Assembly: GCA_947652325.1 (NCBI GenBank)
Contig: CANTCQ010000005.1
Coordinates: 4,727-68,726, forward strand
Source: an uncultured Mycoplasmatota bacterium
Lineage (GTDB): Bacteria; Bacillota_I; Bacilli_A; RF39; UBA660
Reading direction: 5' to 3'
DNA: 64,000 nt
Positions within the stretch are counted from its first letter, which is position 1, and each line of letters begins with the position of its first letter. The translations under genes and the position numbers were made by a program. The notes under the pieces were generated by a model. It ran no database searches, was not told the origin of the DNA, and saw nothing but the letters and a program-made list of their open reading frames with translations. Shown here piece by piece: positions 45,570-56,976 of the stretch.

Positions 45570-47414
45570 TTATTTTCTCCACACTTTGTCCAATTTTTCC
45601 TTTAGTCCACTTTTATTAAATGGCTTAGCTAAGTAGTCGGTAAATCCAAGACTTAGGTATTTTTCTTCTGCACCTTCTACTGCATCGGCGGTTAAAGCAA
45701 GAACAGGCGTGTTAAATTCTTTATTTTCTTGTAATTTTTTTATTGTTTCTTCTCCACCCATTACAGGCATCATGATATCTAAAAGAATTAAATCAAAGGG
45801 TCCTGTTTTTTCGACTGCTTCTAATGCTTCTACTCCATTGGTACATTCTATAATATCAAAATGAAATGGTTCTAATGCTTTTTTAGCTACTTTAATGTTT
45901 AGCTTGTTATCATCTACTAAAAGAATTCGTTTTTGGCCATAATCTGAAACTGGTTCAACTTTTTTTAGCGCACTTTCTTCTGCTGGAATGTTTAATTTGC
46001 TTATCTTTTGCGGAATTTGCACCATGAATAAGGAACCACTACCAAATGTACTTTGCACATTTATTTTGCCACCCATCATTTCTACTAAGTTTTTCGTAAT
46101 AGCAAGTCCTAATCCTGTTCCCTCAATCGTTGTATTTTTTTCGACATCTAAGCGGTCAAATTTATTAAATAATCTTTTAATACTTTCTTCTTTTATTCCT
46201 CTTCCTGTATCTTTGACACTTATAAACAGTAAGCAAATTTCTTTTTTATTGATAGCATTAATATTTAAAGAAATGCTTCCAGATTCCGTATATTTAATTG
46301 CATTGGTAAGCAAGTTATTTATAATTTCTTTTACGTGTATTTTATCTCCAATAAGTTCGTAAGGTATATCTTTTGCTATATTTAATTGAAATGTAATCGG
46401 TTTGGAACCAATTCGAGTAGTTGTAACACTTACTAATTTTTTTACTTCTTCTACGAAGTGATAAGGGGTATTTACAAGTTCCATTTTTCCACTTTCAATT
46501 TTGTTGATATCGAGTATATTTCCCACAATTTCTACCAATGTTTGTGAAGCGTTTTTTATGTCTTCAATATCCTCTAAAACTTCTTTTGGTACTTGCTCTT
46601 TGTAACTTTCAATATCTTCTGATAAGCCCACAATAGCATTTAAAGGTGTCCTAATTTCATGAGACATAGAAGATAAAAAGTTACTTTTGGCATGGTTCGC
46701 TTTTTCTGCTGCATCTTTTGCATACTGCAATTCATTTATTAATTTTAAATCAGGATTTTCGATTGTATTGTACATAAAAACCACAATAAAACTTGTTAAA
46801 GAAGTTACTAATAATAGTTGTGGAAAAAGTATTTGTAAACTAACGATTGGTATACAAAGTACTATAAATGTAACTATTGGTATTATCTTTTTTTTCGAAA
46901 TAGATTTAAAATCTTTCCAAATCCAGATTAACCATAATATTATACTTATGCCTGCTATTGCGTACAAATAATACGCATTAACACCATATATATAAACTAT
47001 ATTCTCTTCTTTAAAATAGTTAAAAGGTAAAACCATATTCAATAATGCTAATATTATATAAATAGTTAGGTAAGTCTTTGCATTCTTATGTTCTAAAAGA
47101 TTTTTTGTTTCTCCCTTTTCCACCTCTATATTTTTGCCTAAACAAATAATATAAATAGTAATTAAAAATATAAAAGTTAATAAATAAAGCATATAAAATT
47201 TTACAATAAACCATCTAACAATGCTTTGTTCTGATAAATACAGGTGAGCATAGATACCTGCAATATCCAAAATGATTCCTAATACTGTAACAAGCAATAG
47301 AAATAAATAAATCTTATTTTCTATTGTTTTTATTTTTGGTTTAGTAAAAAACTGCCAGCAAGTTACAATTAAATATATTAAACTTGCAATCAATAAAGGT
47401 ATACTAAAATGCAT
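45570..47414 (-). CDS. hybrid sensor histidine kinase/response regulator
   Basis: Six or seven N-terminal TM helices, H-box [17 protein letters not shown] and [11 protein letters not shown]-binding boxes, and a C-terminal receiver (LLVDDNKLN...[10 protein letters not shown]). Confidence 0.9.
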   Translation of the reverse strand: MHFSIPLLIASLIYLIVTCWQFFTKPKIKTIENKIYLFLLLVTVLGIILDIAGIYAHLYLSEQSIVRWFIVKFYMLYLLTFIFLITIYIICLGKNIEVEKGETKNLLEHKNAKTYLTIYIILALLNMVLPFNYFKEENIVYIYGVNAYYLYAIAGISIILWLIWIWKDFKSISKKKIIPIVTFIVLCIPIVSLQILFPQLLLVTSLTSFIVVFMYNTIENPDLKLINELQYAKDAAEKANHAKSNFLSSMSHEIRTPLNAIVGLSEDIESYKEQVPKEVLEDIEDIKNASQTLVEIVGNILDINKIESGKMELVNTPYHFVEEVKKLVSVTTTRIGSKPITFQLNIAKDIPYELIGDKIHVKEIINNLLTNAIKYTESGSISLNINAINKKEICLLFISVKDTGRGIKEESIKRLFNKFDRLDVEKNTTIEGTGLGLAITKNLVEMMGGKINVQSTFGSGSLFMVQIPQKISKLNIPAEESALKKVEPVSDYGQKRILLVDDNKLNIKVAKKALEPFHFDIIECTNGVEALEAVEKTGPFDLILLDIMMPVMGGEETIKKLQENKEFNTPVLALTADAVEGAEEKYLSLGFTDYLAKPFNKSGLKEKLDKVWRK

Positions 47415-47489
47415 TTTTATTCCTCCTATTAAATCAAAAAAGTAGAAGATGTATATTCTATCTTCTACTTGATTTTACCACTTTTTTTA

Positions 47490-48887
47490 TTATTTTAACA
47501 TTTTTTTTGATAATTTCAAATTTCCTTCTGTTAATTCACTATATACTTTTTTATTTTCTTCTAATGATTGTTTTTGAATTTGAAGAAAATAGGTCATTGC
47601 ATCTTCTATATTTTTATTTCCTACTTTAAAAGCCTCTCCATAATTTACTATTAGTTTATTTTTTAAATCTAATTCTTTTATCCATAATGAAGTAATTGGC
47701 TGTATCCAAGCATTATTTCTTTTCGCCAAAGTTAGAAATGCTGGGTCAAAAGTGCCAAAATCACTCCCCTCTGGTCGCCTTGTTGTTCCTTCGGCAAATA
47801 TGCCTATTTGACTATTTATTTTTAAAAAGCTATCCATATCTTTCATAGATTGCAGATTATTTGCTTTTGGATTATCGCTAGTACGTTCAATTGGAAAGTA
47901 TTCTAAAGATTTAAACATATCCGCTGTTATTTTACATAAAATTGAATTTTTACTATTATTAAAAATACTATCTTCTCCAGCAAAAAATCTTAGTAAAGCT
48001 GCCCAATGAATATTTTTATTAATTAGTGAAGTTATTATTAATGGGTCTAAAGTACTTCTATGATTTGGTGCGTAAATAACAGGCTCATTGTTAACTCTTA
48101 TTAAGTTTTCAGAGTGTATTACATAAGGTTTAAATTTTGATAAAATAATTGGAATAACAAACTTTATTTTTTCATAAAATATATCTGATTTTGCTGTTCT
48201 ATTGTAATAAACTAATTTTTTATTTAACAACAAGTTTATTTTTTTATCTAAATCATCTTCTGTAAATTTACTTATCTTTTGCACATATTTTGCTTCTGTT
48301 ACCTTAATATTGTGATTTCCATTTACACAAACAGTTCTTATCTCAACTTGACTTAATTCATCAATAATACCTTTTTTATCTTCAAATACTAAATCAGGAT
48401 GTTCTGCAATTATTCCTTTTATTTTTTCTTCGTCATTGGGATAAAAATGAAAATGATTTCTTGGCAAAAAAATACCATTTCTATAATATTGCCATATTGT
48501 AAAATTACGAGCAATTTTTCCAATAATATCATTTCTACATGTCTTAGCTCGAGAAGTATGTACATGTATATCATGTCCTTGTTTCATATATTCATTTATC
48601 TTTTCTGAAACACCATCTCTAAATTTTGATAATAAAGAGAATTTTACAAATCGCATACTTATCCAAAATTCATCAAGCATTTTTTTCATTGCTTCTTCAG
48701 CTTCTTTTTCACTACAATTTTTATCTCTTATTATAGTTTCTTTCATATCAAAAATATCTTCTATTTCTAATTCATTAGGATAAATAACTTTCATTCCATA
48801 TTTCTCTTGAAAATAAGGAATGGCATTTTCTTTTATCCATTCATTAAAATCAGTTAAAGTCCCATCTGTATCTAAAATAATTTTCAT
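47490..48887 (-). CDS. fusion protein: HAD-like phosphatase domain + PlsC-type acyltransferase domain
   Basis: N-terminal ILDTDGTLTDF (HAD motif I). The C-terminal half has APNHRSTLDP (HxxxxD-type acyltransferase box) and FAEGTTRR. Confidence 0.65.
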   Translation of the reverse strand: MKIILDTDGTLTDFNEWIKENAIPYFQEKYGMKVIYPNELEIEDIFDMKETIIRDKNCSEKEAEEAMKKMLDEFWISMRFVKFSLLSKFRDGVSEKINEYMKQGHDIHVHTSRAKTCRNDIIGKIARNFTIWQYYRNGIFLPRNHFHFYPNDEEKIKGIIAEHPDLVFEDKKGIIDELSQVEIRTVCVNGNHNIKVTEAKYVQKISKFTEDDLDKKINLLLNKKLVYYNRTAKSDIFYEKIKFVIPIILSKFKPYVIHSENLIRVNNEPVIYAPNHRSTLDPLIITSLINKNIHWAALLRFFAGEDSIFNNSKNSILCKITADMFKSLEYFPIERTSDNPKANNLQSMKDMDSFLKINSQIGIFAEGTTRRPEGSDFGTFDPAFLTLAKRNNAWIQPITSLWIKELDLKNKLIVNYGEAFKVGNKNIEDAMTYFLQIQKQSLEENKKVYSELTEGNLKLSKKMLK

Positions 48888-49110
48888 AAAAATTCCCCCT
48901 TCGTATGGGTTTGTTATTTTAAATAGAAAGTTTTATTTTCATAAAAAAATGTTTTGAAATAGACGTTTTTTTGTTCTAAACTTCTCTTTTTGCTGTTTTT
49001 CTACGCTTCTTTCTATTTTCTTCATTATATTTCGAAGAATCTTCTATTTCAAGAAAAAGAGAAAATACAGTAACAAATATGATACATAAATAAAAAAAAG
49101 AAAAAGTTTG

Positions 49111-49749
49111 TTATTCTTTTTCTACGCTCAAATAATTAATTTTCATGCCTTTGCTTTTAAACTTTGCTTCATACTCAGTTTCAATGTTTGATATATCTGT
49201 ACTTGCTAAATCTAAGGAAACATCTTTGAAAGTATATCTAGCGTTATTAAAGTTTTTCAAACTGCTTGCAAATAAAATTATGTTATCTGTTTTTTGAATA
49301 ATTCTCTTTTTCTTTACAAATAAGTTTTCGTAAATAGCTAAAAAGATAGGACTTGTAAGTCTTCTATTAGCATGTCTATTTTTAGGCCATGGGTCTGAAA
49401 AGTTTAAGTAAATACAAGAAATTTCATGGTCAAAAATATCCTCTAAATTTTTAGCATCGACACACATAAAACGTAAATTAGGAAGTGGTTCTTCTTTTAT
49501 TTTTTCTACGGCTCTTATAAGTATACTCGCATATTTTTCGATACCAATAAAGTTAATTTGCGGATTATTTTTGGCCATTTCGTATAGGAATTTGCCTTTT
49601 CCCATACCGATTTCAATATGAATTTCTCCTTCTTTGTCAAATATACTTTGAAAATTTCCTTTAAAATTTTCCGGATTTTTAATTACATATTCACAAGAAG
49701 AAATTATCTCACTTGCATTTTTTACATTTCGAAGTCGCATATTTATCAC
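49111..49749 (-). CDS. trmB: tRNA (guanine46-N7)-methyltransferase
   Basis: EIGMGKGKF SAM-binding loop and FSDPWPKNRHANRR signature. The start may be the internal ATG at 49740. Confidence 0.85.
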   Translation of the reverse strand: MINMRLRNVKNASEIISSCEYVIKNPENFKGNFQSIFDKEGEIHIEIGMGKGKFLYEMAKNNPQINFIGIEKYASILIRAVEKIKEEPLPNLRFMCVDAKNLEDIFDHEISCIYLNFSDPWPKNRHANRRLTSPIFLAIYENLFVKKKRIIQKTDNIILFASSLKNFNNARYTFKDVSLDLASTDISNIETEYEAKFKSKGMKINYLSVEKE

Positions 49750-49796
49750 TACTTTCTAAACTTTTACATATAATGGTACAAAGGGATGTGTTTTGA

Positions 49797-50144
49797 ATGA
49801 AAAAAGACCGTAATACATTTTTTAACGAGGCAAATTTTTCACAATCCAGTTATATGGGAATGCCAAATGTTCCCAATAATATGATGGGAGGAAACTACAC
49901 AGGAATGCCAGCTACTTATGGAGGTTCACAAGCAAGCCAAAGTTTTTATGCTGGACCAGCACCTACTCCTAATTTTCAAGGAAATACTGGAATGGGAAAC
50001 GACTATATGAGCGATTTTGAATCTCGTATGGCCAAAATGGAACGTCAACTAAATCGAATGGATGCACGTATTAGTAAACTAGAATCAAAAGGACTCGTTA
50101 CCACCGAAAATTATGACAATACAACCAATATGTACATGCTTTAA
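49797..50144 (+). CDS. Gly/Met/Asn/Pro-rich protein with C-terminal coiled coil
   Basis: 115-aa ORF with a low-complexity N-half and SDFESRMAKMERQLNRMDARISKLE. Function unknown. Confidence 0.45.
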   Translation: MKKDRNTFFNEANFSQSSYMGMPNVPNNMMGGNYTGMPATYGGSQASQSFYAGPAPTPNFQGNTGMGNDYMSDFESRMAKMERQLNRMDARISKLESKGLVTTENYDNTTNMYML

Positions 50145-51790
50145 TCTTTACTTACCTTTGGGGTAAGTTTTTTTGTGATTTTTTCTACCATGGCAGACCC
50201 AAATACTTTTTTTATTAATCCACTTTTATAAGTGATACCTAAATACACGCACCCACCTATTATACTGATAATTCCCACATAAATACAACAAGAAATTTTG
50301 CTACTTAAATTTAATGGAATTATCATTTTAAGAAGAACTACTACTAGTGCCATAACAAAGGTTGGAAGTAGTAACTTTTCTACTAATTTTAAAGTTTCTT
50401 TGTAATGGAAACCATGGTCTTTTTTTAATTTTTTTAAGGATAATGTAAAGGCTAGAATATATCCTATTACGGTTGATAGTATGGCACCTAGGTAAGGCGC
50501 GATTCCTAGTTTAGAGAACAAATACATAAAAGGTATGTTTAAGGTTACATTCGTTAAAAGTCCAATAATAACACTTTGGTACACGACTTTTGATTTGTTT
50601 AGTCCATGAAGCGTTGAATTGGTCACTAAAAATAAATTGTAAAATAGAGAAACTAGAATTTGATTAGCAAAGATTAAAGACCCTACCACACTATATCCAT
50701 AAAATATACTCCATACACTTTTGGAAAGAAGAGATAATCCTATACACATTGGAAGACAAATAATAATGATTAGTTGTAAGGCTTTATTAAATTTTTGATT
50801 AACATCTTCCCAGTTTTTTAAGGTATAAGCTCCGACAATTGTAGGAATAAGACTTGTTACCATACCTGTTGCAACAGCGTTTACTATCATACTAATTTTA
50901 GTAGACCAAGTCGTAATCGCAGTTGTTGCAAATTCGACTTCTGCTGTGTCTAACCCTAAATGTCCAAGTGTACGTAACATCATTGTCATATCTAAAAAGT
51001 TATTAATCGAAAATGCAATGGTAATAATGATAAAAGGAATGGCATAAGAGATAATTTTTTTTCCTATTTCTTGATTTGTTACACCATCTTCTTTATTTGT
51101 TTTTGTGAGACTTAATTCTTTTTTGCTTTTGGACATTTTGAGAAGCAAATAAAAGACACCAATTAAACCTCCAACACTTGCTCCAAATACAGCAATCGCA
51201 ATCGCATATTTCATCGGGATATGAAATAAATATAAGGCAAAATAACATCCAAGTAGAATGGTCAAAATCCGAAAAACTTGTTCTAATACTTGGCTAATAC
51301 TTGAAATTCCTATAATGTTATGCCCTTGTAGATACCCTCTTGTGACACTTAAAAAGGGAATAATCAAAAGAGCAAAAGAAGTTGCACGAATCACAAATGT
51401 TGCTTCTTCTATTGTGGTTCCACCACTTAGGCTTCCTAATAAAAGAGAGGCAATGGGTTTTGCAAAAAGAAATAAAAGAAAAAAAATGAAAATGGATAAA
51501 AAGCTTATCATTTTTATTCCAATAATAAAAGCTCTTTTTTTAGCATCCATTAGTCCTAATGTATTGTATTCTTTGATTATTTTACTTAAAGCCAGAGGAA
51601 GACCTGCTGTTGATATGTCTAAGAATATTGCATAGATGTTGTATCCATAAGAATATAAAGCACTTCCTTCATTTCCCACCATTGCATAAAAGGGAATTAC
51701 GTAAAGTATTCCCATTATTTTGGTTATGACAATCGCAAGAGTTGCAATAATTGTTCCTTCTACAAATGAACTTTTTTTCAATCTAACCAC
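50141..51790 (-). CDS. MOP-superfamily flippase (SpoVB/MurJ/YtgP-like)
   Basis: 549 aa with about 14 TM helices. The N-terminus FVEGTIIATLAIVITKIMGILYVIPFYAMVG is typical of the SpoVB/YtgP group. GTG start abuts the cse60 stop. Confidence 0.75.
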   Translation of the reverse strand: MVRLKKSSFVEGTIIATLAIVITKIMGILYVIPFYAMVGNEGSALYSYGYNIYAIFLDISTAGLPLALSKIIKEYNTLGLMDAKKRAFIIGIKMISFLSIFIFFLLFLFAKPIASLLLGSLSGGTTIEEATFVIRATSFALLIIPFLSVTRGYLQGHNIIGISSISQVLEQVFRILTILLGCYFALYLFHIPMKYAIAIAVFGASVGGLIGVFYLLLKMSKSKKELSLTKTNKEDGVTNQEIGKKIISYAIPFIIITIAFSINNFLDMTMMLRTLGHLGLDTAEVEFATTAITTWSTKISMIVNAVATGMVTSLIPTIVGAYTLKNWEDVNQKFNKALQLIIIICLPMCIGLSLLSKSVWSIFYGYSVVGSLIFANQILVSLFYNLFLVTNSTLHGLNKSKVVYQSVIIGLLTNVTLNIPFMYLFSKLGIAPYLGAILSTVIGYILAFTLSLKKLKKDHGFHYKETLKLVEKLLLPTFVMALVVVLLKMIIPLNLSSKISCCIYVGIISIIGGCVYLGITYKSGLIKKVFGSAMVEKITKKLTPKVSKD

Positions 51791-51970
51791 TCATTCTTTT
51801 TTGCTATACACTACCATTGCAGAAAAACAATAGATTTGCTCTTCTCCACAAACGGCAATAGCCACGTTGTACTTGATATCTATTATATCACTATTTGTTT
51901 CAGATAGAAAAGCATTTATTGCGGCTTCTAAGTCTTTTTCATGTGATTCATCAAAACATTTTACACGCAT
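51791..51970 (-). CDS. sporulation protein Cse60 family
   Basis: A 59-aa ORF below the track cutoff: MRVKCFDESHEKDLEAAINAFLSETNSDIIDIKYNVAIAVCGEEQIYCFSAMVVYSKKE. The (V/I)KxFDExHEKDLExAxNxFL pattern and ~60-aa size match Cse60/YteV. A GAGGAG RBS lies upstream. Confidence 0.65.
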   Translation of the reverse strand: MRVKCFDESHEKDLEAAINAFLSETNSDIIDIKYNVAIAVCGEEQIYCFSAMVVYSKKE

Positions 51971-52095
51971 AAAACATCTCCTCTTTTTTCATTAAAACAC
52001 AAAAAGTTTAAAAATTTCGGCGAATTTTGGGAATACCAATTTGACAAATAAAGAAAAATACACTATTATATACAGTCAAAAGAAGGGGTTAAATA

Positions 52096-52932
52096 ATGGA
52101 TTATCAAGAAATATATTATCGAAATGAGAAACAATATCATTCCATAAATCAACAACATTTTCAAAAATTTTTGAATGTTTTTAAAAAAGAAACAGGAATT
52201 GATACTAGTCATTTAGCTACTAAAAGAGGCATACCTACAAATGATTATCGTAAACAATTTTATTATTTAAAATATATGGTATTTATTAATTACCCTAAAT
52301 ATATTAAAGAATTCTATCGTATATTAGAAAATAGTAAATTTGATATGAGTTCAGAAATAGTGGATGCTATGAAACTAATTGGTAAAAATACTATTTATAC
52401 TTTAGATGAAGATATTAGACGATATATTTTGTTATCTCCACTTATAGATGATGTGGTTAATGATAATGGAAATATATCAATTTATAGTGATGAATTAGGA
52501 GATTATAATTTTTGTTCTACCAGAAAATACTTATACAAAAATAAAAGAGCTCTTTATTTGATTCAAAATTATCTTACCCAAGGATATTGCCATCAAATGT
52601 CATGGGAACTGATGTCTTTTTTAGAGCAAGCCAATTTAATTACAACTCTATTGCCAGCTTATTTTGAAGGAACTTATTATCACACAGTTGTACAAAATCA
52701 AGATAATTTTATTATTGATATCGCTAATGAAATTGTAATTGATAGCAATGTTCGCGATTCTTTATTTAAAGGACAAATTATAAGTAGCACTAAAAAACAA
52801 GATTTATTTTCTAAATTAAAGGAAGCAAAAATAAAGGAAGCAAAAATAAAGGAAGCAAAAAATTATGAAAATGAAGATAGTTTTACTAATTCTTTATTAT
52901 TAGCTTTATATTCTGAATCAAAAAAATTATAA
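52096..52932 (+). CDS. hypothetical protein with candidate transglutaminase-like Cys-His-Asp core
   Basis: QGYCHQMSWELM (Cys165), YYHTVVQ (His196) and FIIDIAN (Asp208) have transglutaminase/papain-like spacing. The tail contains a KEAKI repeat. Confidence 0.45.
   Translation: MDYQEIYYRNEKQYHSINQQHFQKFLNVFKKETGIDTSHLATKRGIPTNDYRKQFYYLKYMVFINYPKYIKEFYRILENSKFDMSSEIVDAMKLIGKNTIYTLDEDIRRYILLSPLIDDVVNDNGNISIYSDELGDYNFCSTRKYLYKNKRALYLIQNYLTQGYCHQMSWELMSFLEQANLITTLLPAYFEGTYYHTVVQNQDNFIIDIANEIVIDSNVRDSLFKGQIISSTKKQDLFSKLKEAKIKEAKIKEAKNYENEDSFTNSLLLALYSESKKL
52818..52862 (+). repeat. 15-bp tandem repeat, about 3 copies, in-frame
   Basis: GGAAGCAAAAATAAA occurs twice in perfect copies, followed by a partial third. 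It encodes KEAKIKEAKIKEAK. Confidence 0.85.
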
Positions 52933-52956
52933 AATTTTTTGAAAGGAGATATGGAT

Positions 52957-53757
52957 ATGGATTTTTTTGTTGATTACGAAACTTTACAGAAAATGGCTGT
53001 TTTCAGAGAGTTTCATTTTCATAAAAACGGAGATATTTTTTTAGAAAACTCTTCTACTCTTTTAAAAGCAATTCCAGAAGATATAACAAAAATGCTTTTT
53101 TATTTAAAAGAAATACCAGAACACCCTCATATTGTAAAACCTAAAGAAGTTGGAAAAATAATTTATCCTTCTTCTAAAAATATAGATATTTATCAAAGTG
53201 CTTATCGAATGGAACATTTAATAAATGCTCAAAATTTATATTCTTTAAATAAAAAAGATATTCCCTATGAAGAAAAATTAAAATATAACAAACAATTTTT
53301 TGAAGCTTTACAATATTTACATCAATATATTGTTCTTGGAGATATACAACCTGGAAATTTACTTATTGCAAATCAAAATGCTTATATTTGTGATTTAGAT
53401 AATTCTCAAAAACTTCAAAATTTTTTGACTCCTATTTTTTGTGATTATTATATTACAAATTTAAAATGGCTTGGAAATACCAAATATACGGATATTGTCA
53501 AAATGTATTTGGAGTGTTTGGCATTTATTTTAGGTATTCGTTTTGAAGGATATATTAAAAAGTTCGGATACAAAAAATTTTATAAAGTACTTACTTCTTA
53601 CCCTTTACCCCCAGAAGTTTCTTCTTTTTTAAAATATTGTAAGCATCCAAGTCATTTAAAATCTCTAGAAGAAAATGCTTATAACTTTGAGCAATTTATG
53701 ACTGAAGATGTACTTAGTTTAAAAAAGACTTTAAGTTTTTTTGATTATTATGAATAG
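52957..53757 (+). CDS. atypical protein-kinase-like fold protein
   Basis: YLHQYIVLGDIQPGNLLI (catalytic-loop-like D..N) and ICDLDNS (DFG-like). No glycine-rich loop was recognised. The ATG at 52957 has the best spacing from the AAAGGAGA RBS. Confidence 0.5.
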   Translation: MDFFVDYETLQKMAVFREFHFHKNGDIFLENSSTLLKAIPEDITKMLFYLKEIPEHPHIVKPKEVGKIIYPSSKNIDIYQSAYRMEHLINAQNLYSLNKKDIPYEEKLKYNKQFFEALQYLHQYIVLGDIQPGNLLIANQNAYICDLDNSQKLQNFLTPIFCDYYITNLKWLGNTKYTDIVKMYLECLAFILGIRFEGYIKKFGYKKFYKVLTSYPLPPEVSSFLKYCKHPSHLKSLEENAYNFEQFMTEDVLSLKKTLSFFDYYE

Positions 53758-53806
53758 AAAAAGTGAATTAAAATATTAAAAGAAGATGTAAAAATTCTCT
53801 TCTATT

Positions 53807-54557
53807 ATGCTTTTAATGATGAAAAGTATTCCTAATTTTAATATAGAAGCACGTATTAATTCTGCTTTTCCTATCCAAAATGTAGAAGAAATTCTAATTC
53901 CTCTTTCAAGTGTTTATGAACATAATTTTTTTTGTGGGTTATACTATGCCACCAGCAACAGGAAAAGAATTGTCTAATTGTAATCGTTTTAGGAATAAAA
54001 GTCAATTTACTAATTTAAAAATATATACAAAAGATTATTTAAAATTAGAAGATGTTGTAAAAAGAGCAAACGCACAAGATGTTATTTTCCCAGACTTTTT
54101 GACTTTAGACAATATTTTTATAGATGAACAGGGTAACTATCAGTTTATAGACTATGAAGGAATACAAATTAAAGATAATTTTGTTATGGCTATGTCTACT
54201 TCCTTAGGAAATCAAAAATTGTATGACAACCCAAAATATAAAATAAATCAAAAGTTATTTACAAATAATCTAGATAAAAAAAGTTTACTTTATTATTATT
54301 TTTTAAATACTTTAAATGTTAATTTAGCTAACGTAGGAATTTTAGATTCTTATGGTAATCCTATTACATTAGATTATATTTTTTATAAAATAAATCTTAC
54401 TGACTATGATTTTATGCAAAAGATTCGGGTTGCGATGCAAAATACAGGAACAAATGAATATATTGGCGAAGATGTCTTAAGAATGAGTGAAAAATATACT
54501 TTAGATGCTATTCCTATCGGAAATGGCCTATATTTAAAAAGATACAGAAAAAAATAG
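53807..54557 (+). pseudogene. second kinase-like paralogue, frameshifted in a T8 run
   Basis: The frame from the ATG at 53807 gives MLLMMKSIPNFNIEARINSAFPIQNVEEILIPLSSVYEHNFF. It shifts at T8 (53926-53933) into VGYTMPPATGKEL...VIFPDFLTLDNIFIDEQGNYQFIDYEG, which is the track ORF 53910-54557. Confidence 0.5.
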
Positions 54558-54579
54558 TTTCAAAAAAGAAAACTATTTT
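54551..54579. terminator. bidirectional terminator between convergent genes
   Basis: AAAATAGTTT (54551-54560), loop, AAACTATTTT (54570-54579), with A/T runs on both sides. Confidence 0.55.
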
Positions 54580-56976
54580 TTATTTTATAACAATGTTTAC
54601 AATTCGATTTGGAATTACAATTACTTTTACAATTTCTTTATCCATTGTGTATTTTTTTACATTATGTTCCTGTAAAGCCTTTTCTTTTATAATGTTTTCA
54701 CTTTCTTCTTTCGAAATGGTAATAGTTCCTCTTAATTTTCCATTAACTTGTACACCAATTGTCATTTCATTATCACTTGTTTTTTCTTCATCATATTCTG
54801 GGTATTTTTGTTTATGAACACTATATTCGTTTCCAATACTACACCACCATTCTTCTGTTAAATGGGGCGCAAATGGAGCAAGTAATAAAATTAAATTTTC
54901 AATGTACTTTCTTGGTATACCATGACTTTCAAATTTTGTTAAAGTATTGGTGTATTCCATAACTCTGGAAATACAGGTATTAAATTGAAATTTTTCAATG
55001 TCTATTCTTATGGCTTTTATTGTTTTATGTAAAGATTTTTCTAACTCTTCTATTTCTTTTTGTTCTTCTTTTAGGCTTCTAACAAGTCTTTCTACTTTGG
55101 TATAAAATTTATTGATGGATTTTATACCATCATCAGTCCAAGGACCTCCATCTACATAATTGAAACCAAACATTAAATATCCTCTTAATACATCTGCACC
55201 ATATTCCTCGACATATGCCTCAGGACTTACAGTATTTCCTTTGCTTTTGCTCATTTTTTCTCCATCAGGACCTAAAATGGTTCCTTGATGAACAAGAGAT
55301 TTGAATGGTTCATCAAAGTTTAAGTATCCCATGTCTCTTAACGCTTTTGTAAAGAACCTAGCATAAAGCAAATGCATACAAGCATGTTCAATACCTCCAA
55401 CATATTTGTCAACGGGAAGTATTTTGTTGATAAGTGCTTTGTCAAAAGGAACTTTACTATTTTTATTGTCCGGATATCTTAAAAAATACCAACTAGAACA
55501 TACAAAGGTATCTAAGGTATCGGCTTCTCTTGTTGCAGAACCTCCACATTGTGGACATGTTGTATGCATAAAGGAATCGCATTTTTTAAGTGGACTTTCG
55601 CCATCTGGTGTAAATTCCACATCTTCTGGTAATATGACAGGTAAATCACTAACTGGCACTGGAACCACTCCACATTTATCACAATAAATAATTGGAATTG
55701 GTGCTCCCCAATACCGTTGGCGAGACACTAACCAATCACGAAGCTTATAAGTAGTTGTTTTTTTACCCTTTTTATTTTCTTCTAGCCAAGCATACATTTT
55801 TAATAATGCATCTTCTTTATTTAAATCATTTAAAAATTCGGAATTAATGTGGATACCATCTCCTATGTAAGGTAGTTCTGTATTTTTTCCATTTGTTAAT
55901 ACTGGAATAATTTCTAAATTAAATTTTCGGGCAAAATCATAATCTCTTTCATCATGAGCGGGAACGGCCATGATAGAACCTGTTCCATAGGATGCTAGAA
56001 CATAATCACTAATGTAAATCGGTATTTCTTTGTTGTTTACTGGATTAATGGCATAAGCGCCTGTAAATACACCTGTTTTTTCTTTTACAGTACTTGTTCT
56101 TTCAATTTCACTTTGTTTGGCAGCTTCTAACTTGTATCTTTCTACCGCTTCTTTTTGTTCTTCTGTTGTAATCTTATCTACTAGTTCATGTTCAGGAGCT
56201 AAAACACAATAAGTAGCTCCAAATAACGTATCGGCACGGGTTGTAAATACCGTAAATATTTCATTTGTACCAGAAACTTTAAAATCTACATAAGCACCAT
56301 TTGATTTTCCAATCCAATTTCTTTGTAACATTTTGGTTTTTTCTGGCCAATCCAATTTATCTAAATCGTTTAAAAGTTCTTCAGCGTAATCTGTAATTTT
56401 GAAGAACCATTGGCTCATTTTTTTACGAATTACGGTACTATCACATCTTTCACATAAACCTTGAATGACTTGTTCATTTGCTAAAACAGTATTACAAGAT
56501 GGACACCAATTGACTGGAGCTTCCTTTTTGTAAGCAAGACCCTTTTTGTAAAGTTGTAAAAACATCCATTCTGTCCATTTATAATAGTCTTCTCTACAAG
56601 TTACGACTTCATAATTCCAGTCCCAAGAACCACCAATTCTTGCAAGTTGACCCTCCATCGTTTCAATATTTTGTTCTGTAGAAACCTTTGGATGCACACC
56701 TGTTTTAATGGCATAATTCTCTGCAGGTAAACCAAAAGCATCAAATCCCATAGGGTGAAATAAATTGTAGCCATCCATATTCTTGAATCTCGCCCAAGTA
56801 TCTGCAACTCCAAAATTATACCAATGCCCCATATGCAATTTAGCGCCACTCGGATAACTAAACATTTCTAAACAATATAATTTTTCTTTCTTGCTTTGCT
56901 TATCAAAAGCATACAAATTAGTATTTTTCCATTTTTCTTGCCATTTTTTTTCAATCTCTTTAAAATTCATTTTCAT
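54580..56976 (-). CDS. leuS: leucine--tRNA ligase
   Basis: 798 aa with a HIGH motif (LHMGHW), KMSKSKGN, and CP1 editing-domain length. Confidence 0.95.
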   Translation of the reverse strand: MKMNFKEIEKKWQEKWKNTNLYAFDKQSKKEKLYCLEMFSYPSGAKLHMGHWYNFGVADTWARFKNMDGYNLFHPMGFDAFGLPAENYAIKTGVHPKVSTEQNIETMEGQLARIGGSWDWNYEVVTCREDYYKWTEWMFLQLYKKGLAYKKEAPVNWCPSCNTVLANEQVIQGLCERCDSTVIRKKMSQWFFKITDYAEELLNDLDKLDWPEKTKMLQRNWIGKSNGAYVDFKVSGTNEIFTVFTTRADTLFGATYCVLAPEHELVDKITTEEQKEAVERYKLEAAKQSEIERTSTVKEKTGVFTGAYAINPVNNKEIPIYISDYVLASYGTGSIMAVPAHDERDYDFARKFNLEIIPVLTNGKNTELPYIGDGIHINSEFLNDLNKEDALLKMYAWLEENKKGKKTTTYKLRDWLVSRQRYWGAPIPIIYCDKCGVVPVPVSDLPVILPEDVEFTPDGESPLKKCDSFMHTTCPQCGGSATREADTLDTFVCSSWYFLRYPDNKNSKVPFDKALINKILPVDKYVGGIEHACMHLLYARFFTKALRDMGYLNFDEPFKSLVHQGTILGPDGEKMSKSKGNTVSPEAYVEEYGADVLRGYLMFGFNYVDGGPWTDDGIKSINKFYTKVERLVRSLKEEQKEIEELEKSLHKTIKAIRIDIEKFQFNTCISRVMEYTNTLTKFESHGIPRKYIENLILLLAPFAPHLTEEWWCSIGNEYSVHKQKYPEYDEEKTSDNEMTIGVQVNGKLRGTITISKEESENIIKEKALQEHNVKKYTMDKEIVKVIVIPNRIVNIVIK

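Noticed and set aside
51791-51970. Possibility of a Mollicutes-type genetic code (UGA = Trp), given the extreme AT content.
   Set aside because: The Cse60-like ORF and the CYTH gene end at TGA at the expected lengths. Trp in conserved proteins (LeuRS, TyrRS, RmuC) is encoded by TGG. Sporulation genes also argue against Mollicutes.
52818-52862. A regular short repeat that might be taken for a CRISPR-like or regulatory array.
   Set aside because: The 15-bp units are directly adjacent with no spacers, and they lie in-frame inside a CDS (KEAKI repeats). No CRISPR array occurs anywhere in the window.
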